From Laetmonice hystrix (lineage: Eukaryota), in the NCBI GenBank assembly GCA_965235115.1, contig OZ249449.1:13392001-13456000 (forward strand): a DNA stretch of 64,000 bases, given 5' to 3'. Below are positions 63,952-64,000 of this stretch, piece after piece. The translations under genes were made by a program, and so were the position numbers. Below the pieces are notes generated by a model that saw only the letters and a program-made list of their open reading frames with translations, made no database searches and had not been told where the DNA came from. Within the stretch, counting starts at the first letter, position 1; each line of letters starts with the position of its first letter.

Positions 63952-64000
63952 CAATCTGTGCGAGCGTGTGTCTATAAGGGGAACTGTCAGTTTCTAAGGG

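Overview
Animal (bilaterian, probably marine invertebrate) genomic DNA, almost entirely intronic. Only two coding exons are supported, both on the + strand (25156-25425 and 42749-43036). They are phase-1/phase-1 I-set immunoglobulin-domain exons that splice in frame across a 17.3 kb intron (...IKLVIEG|NAYIMVPP...) and match Ig domains 2 and 3 of the turtle/IGSF9 (Dasm1) adhesion family. I found no Ig1 or Ig4 exon, so the flanking introns appear to exceed about 25 kb and 21 kb. The introns contain: three TTAA-flanked Kolobok/T2-type MITEs (one a 526 bp near-perfect foldback); a MULE-like MITE family in two sizes (273 bp with a 10 bp TSD, 50 bp with a 9 bp TSD); a small TIR element with a 5 bp TSD; a decayed Meta-type tRNA SINE; three minisatellites (63 bp, 38 bp and a 30-unit 54/58 bp array); microsatellites; and two assembly gaps. 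Transcription-factor-like motifs are dense: at least 25 RFX X-boxes, paired CTCF-like sites, CRE palindromes, and E-box, CP2/Grainyhead and octamer clusters. The most unusual spot is around the Ig2 exon, which has an exact 33 bp orphan copy of its splice donor upstream and a candidate 40 nt stop-containing cassette exon just downstream. Either that cassette or donor read-through would truncate the protein after Ig2. All calls are by eye, with no database searches; no prokaryotic-type system (CRISPR, operon) is present.
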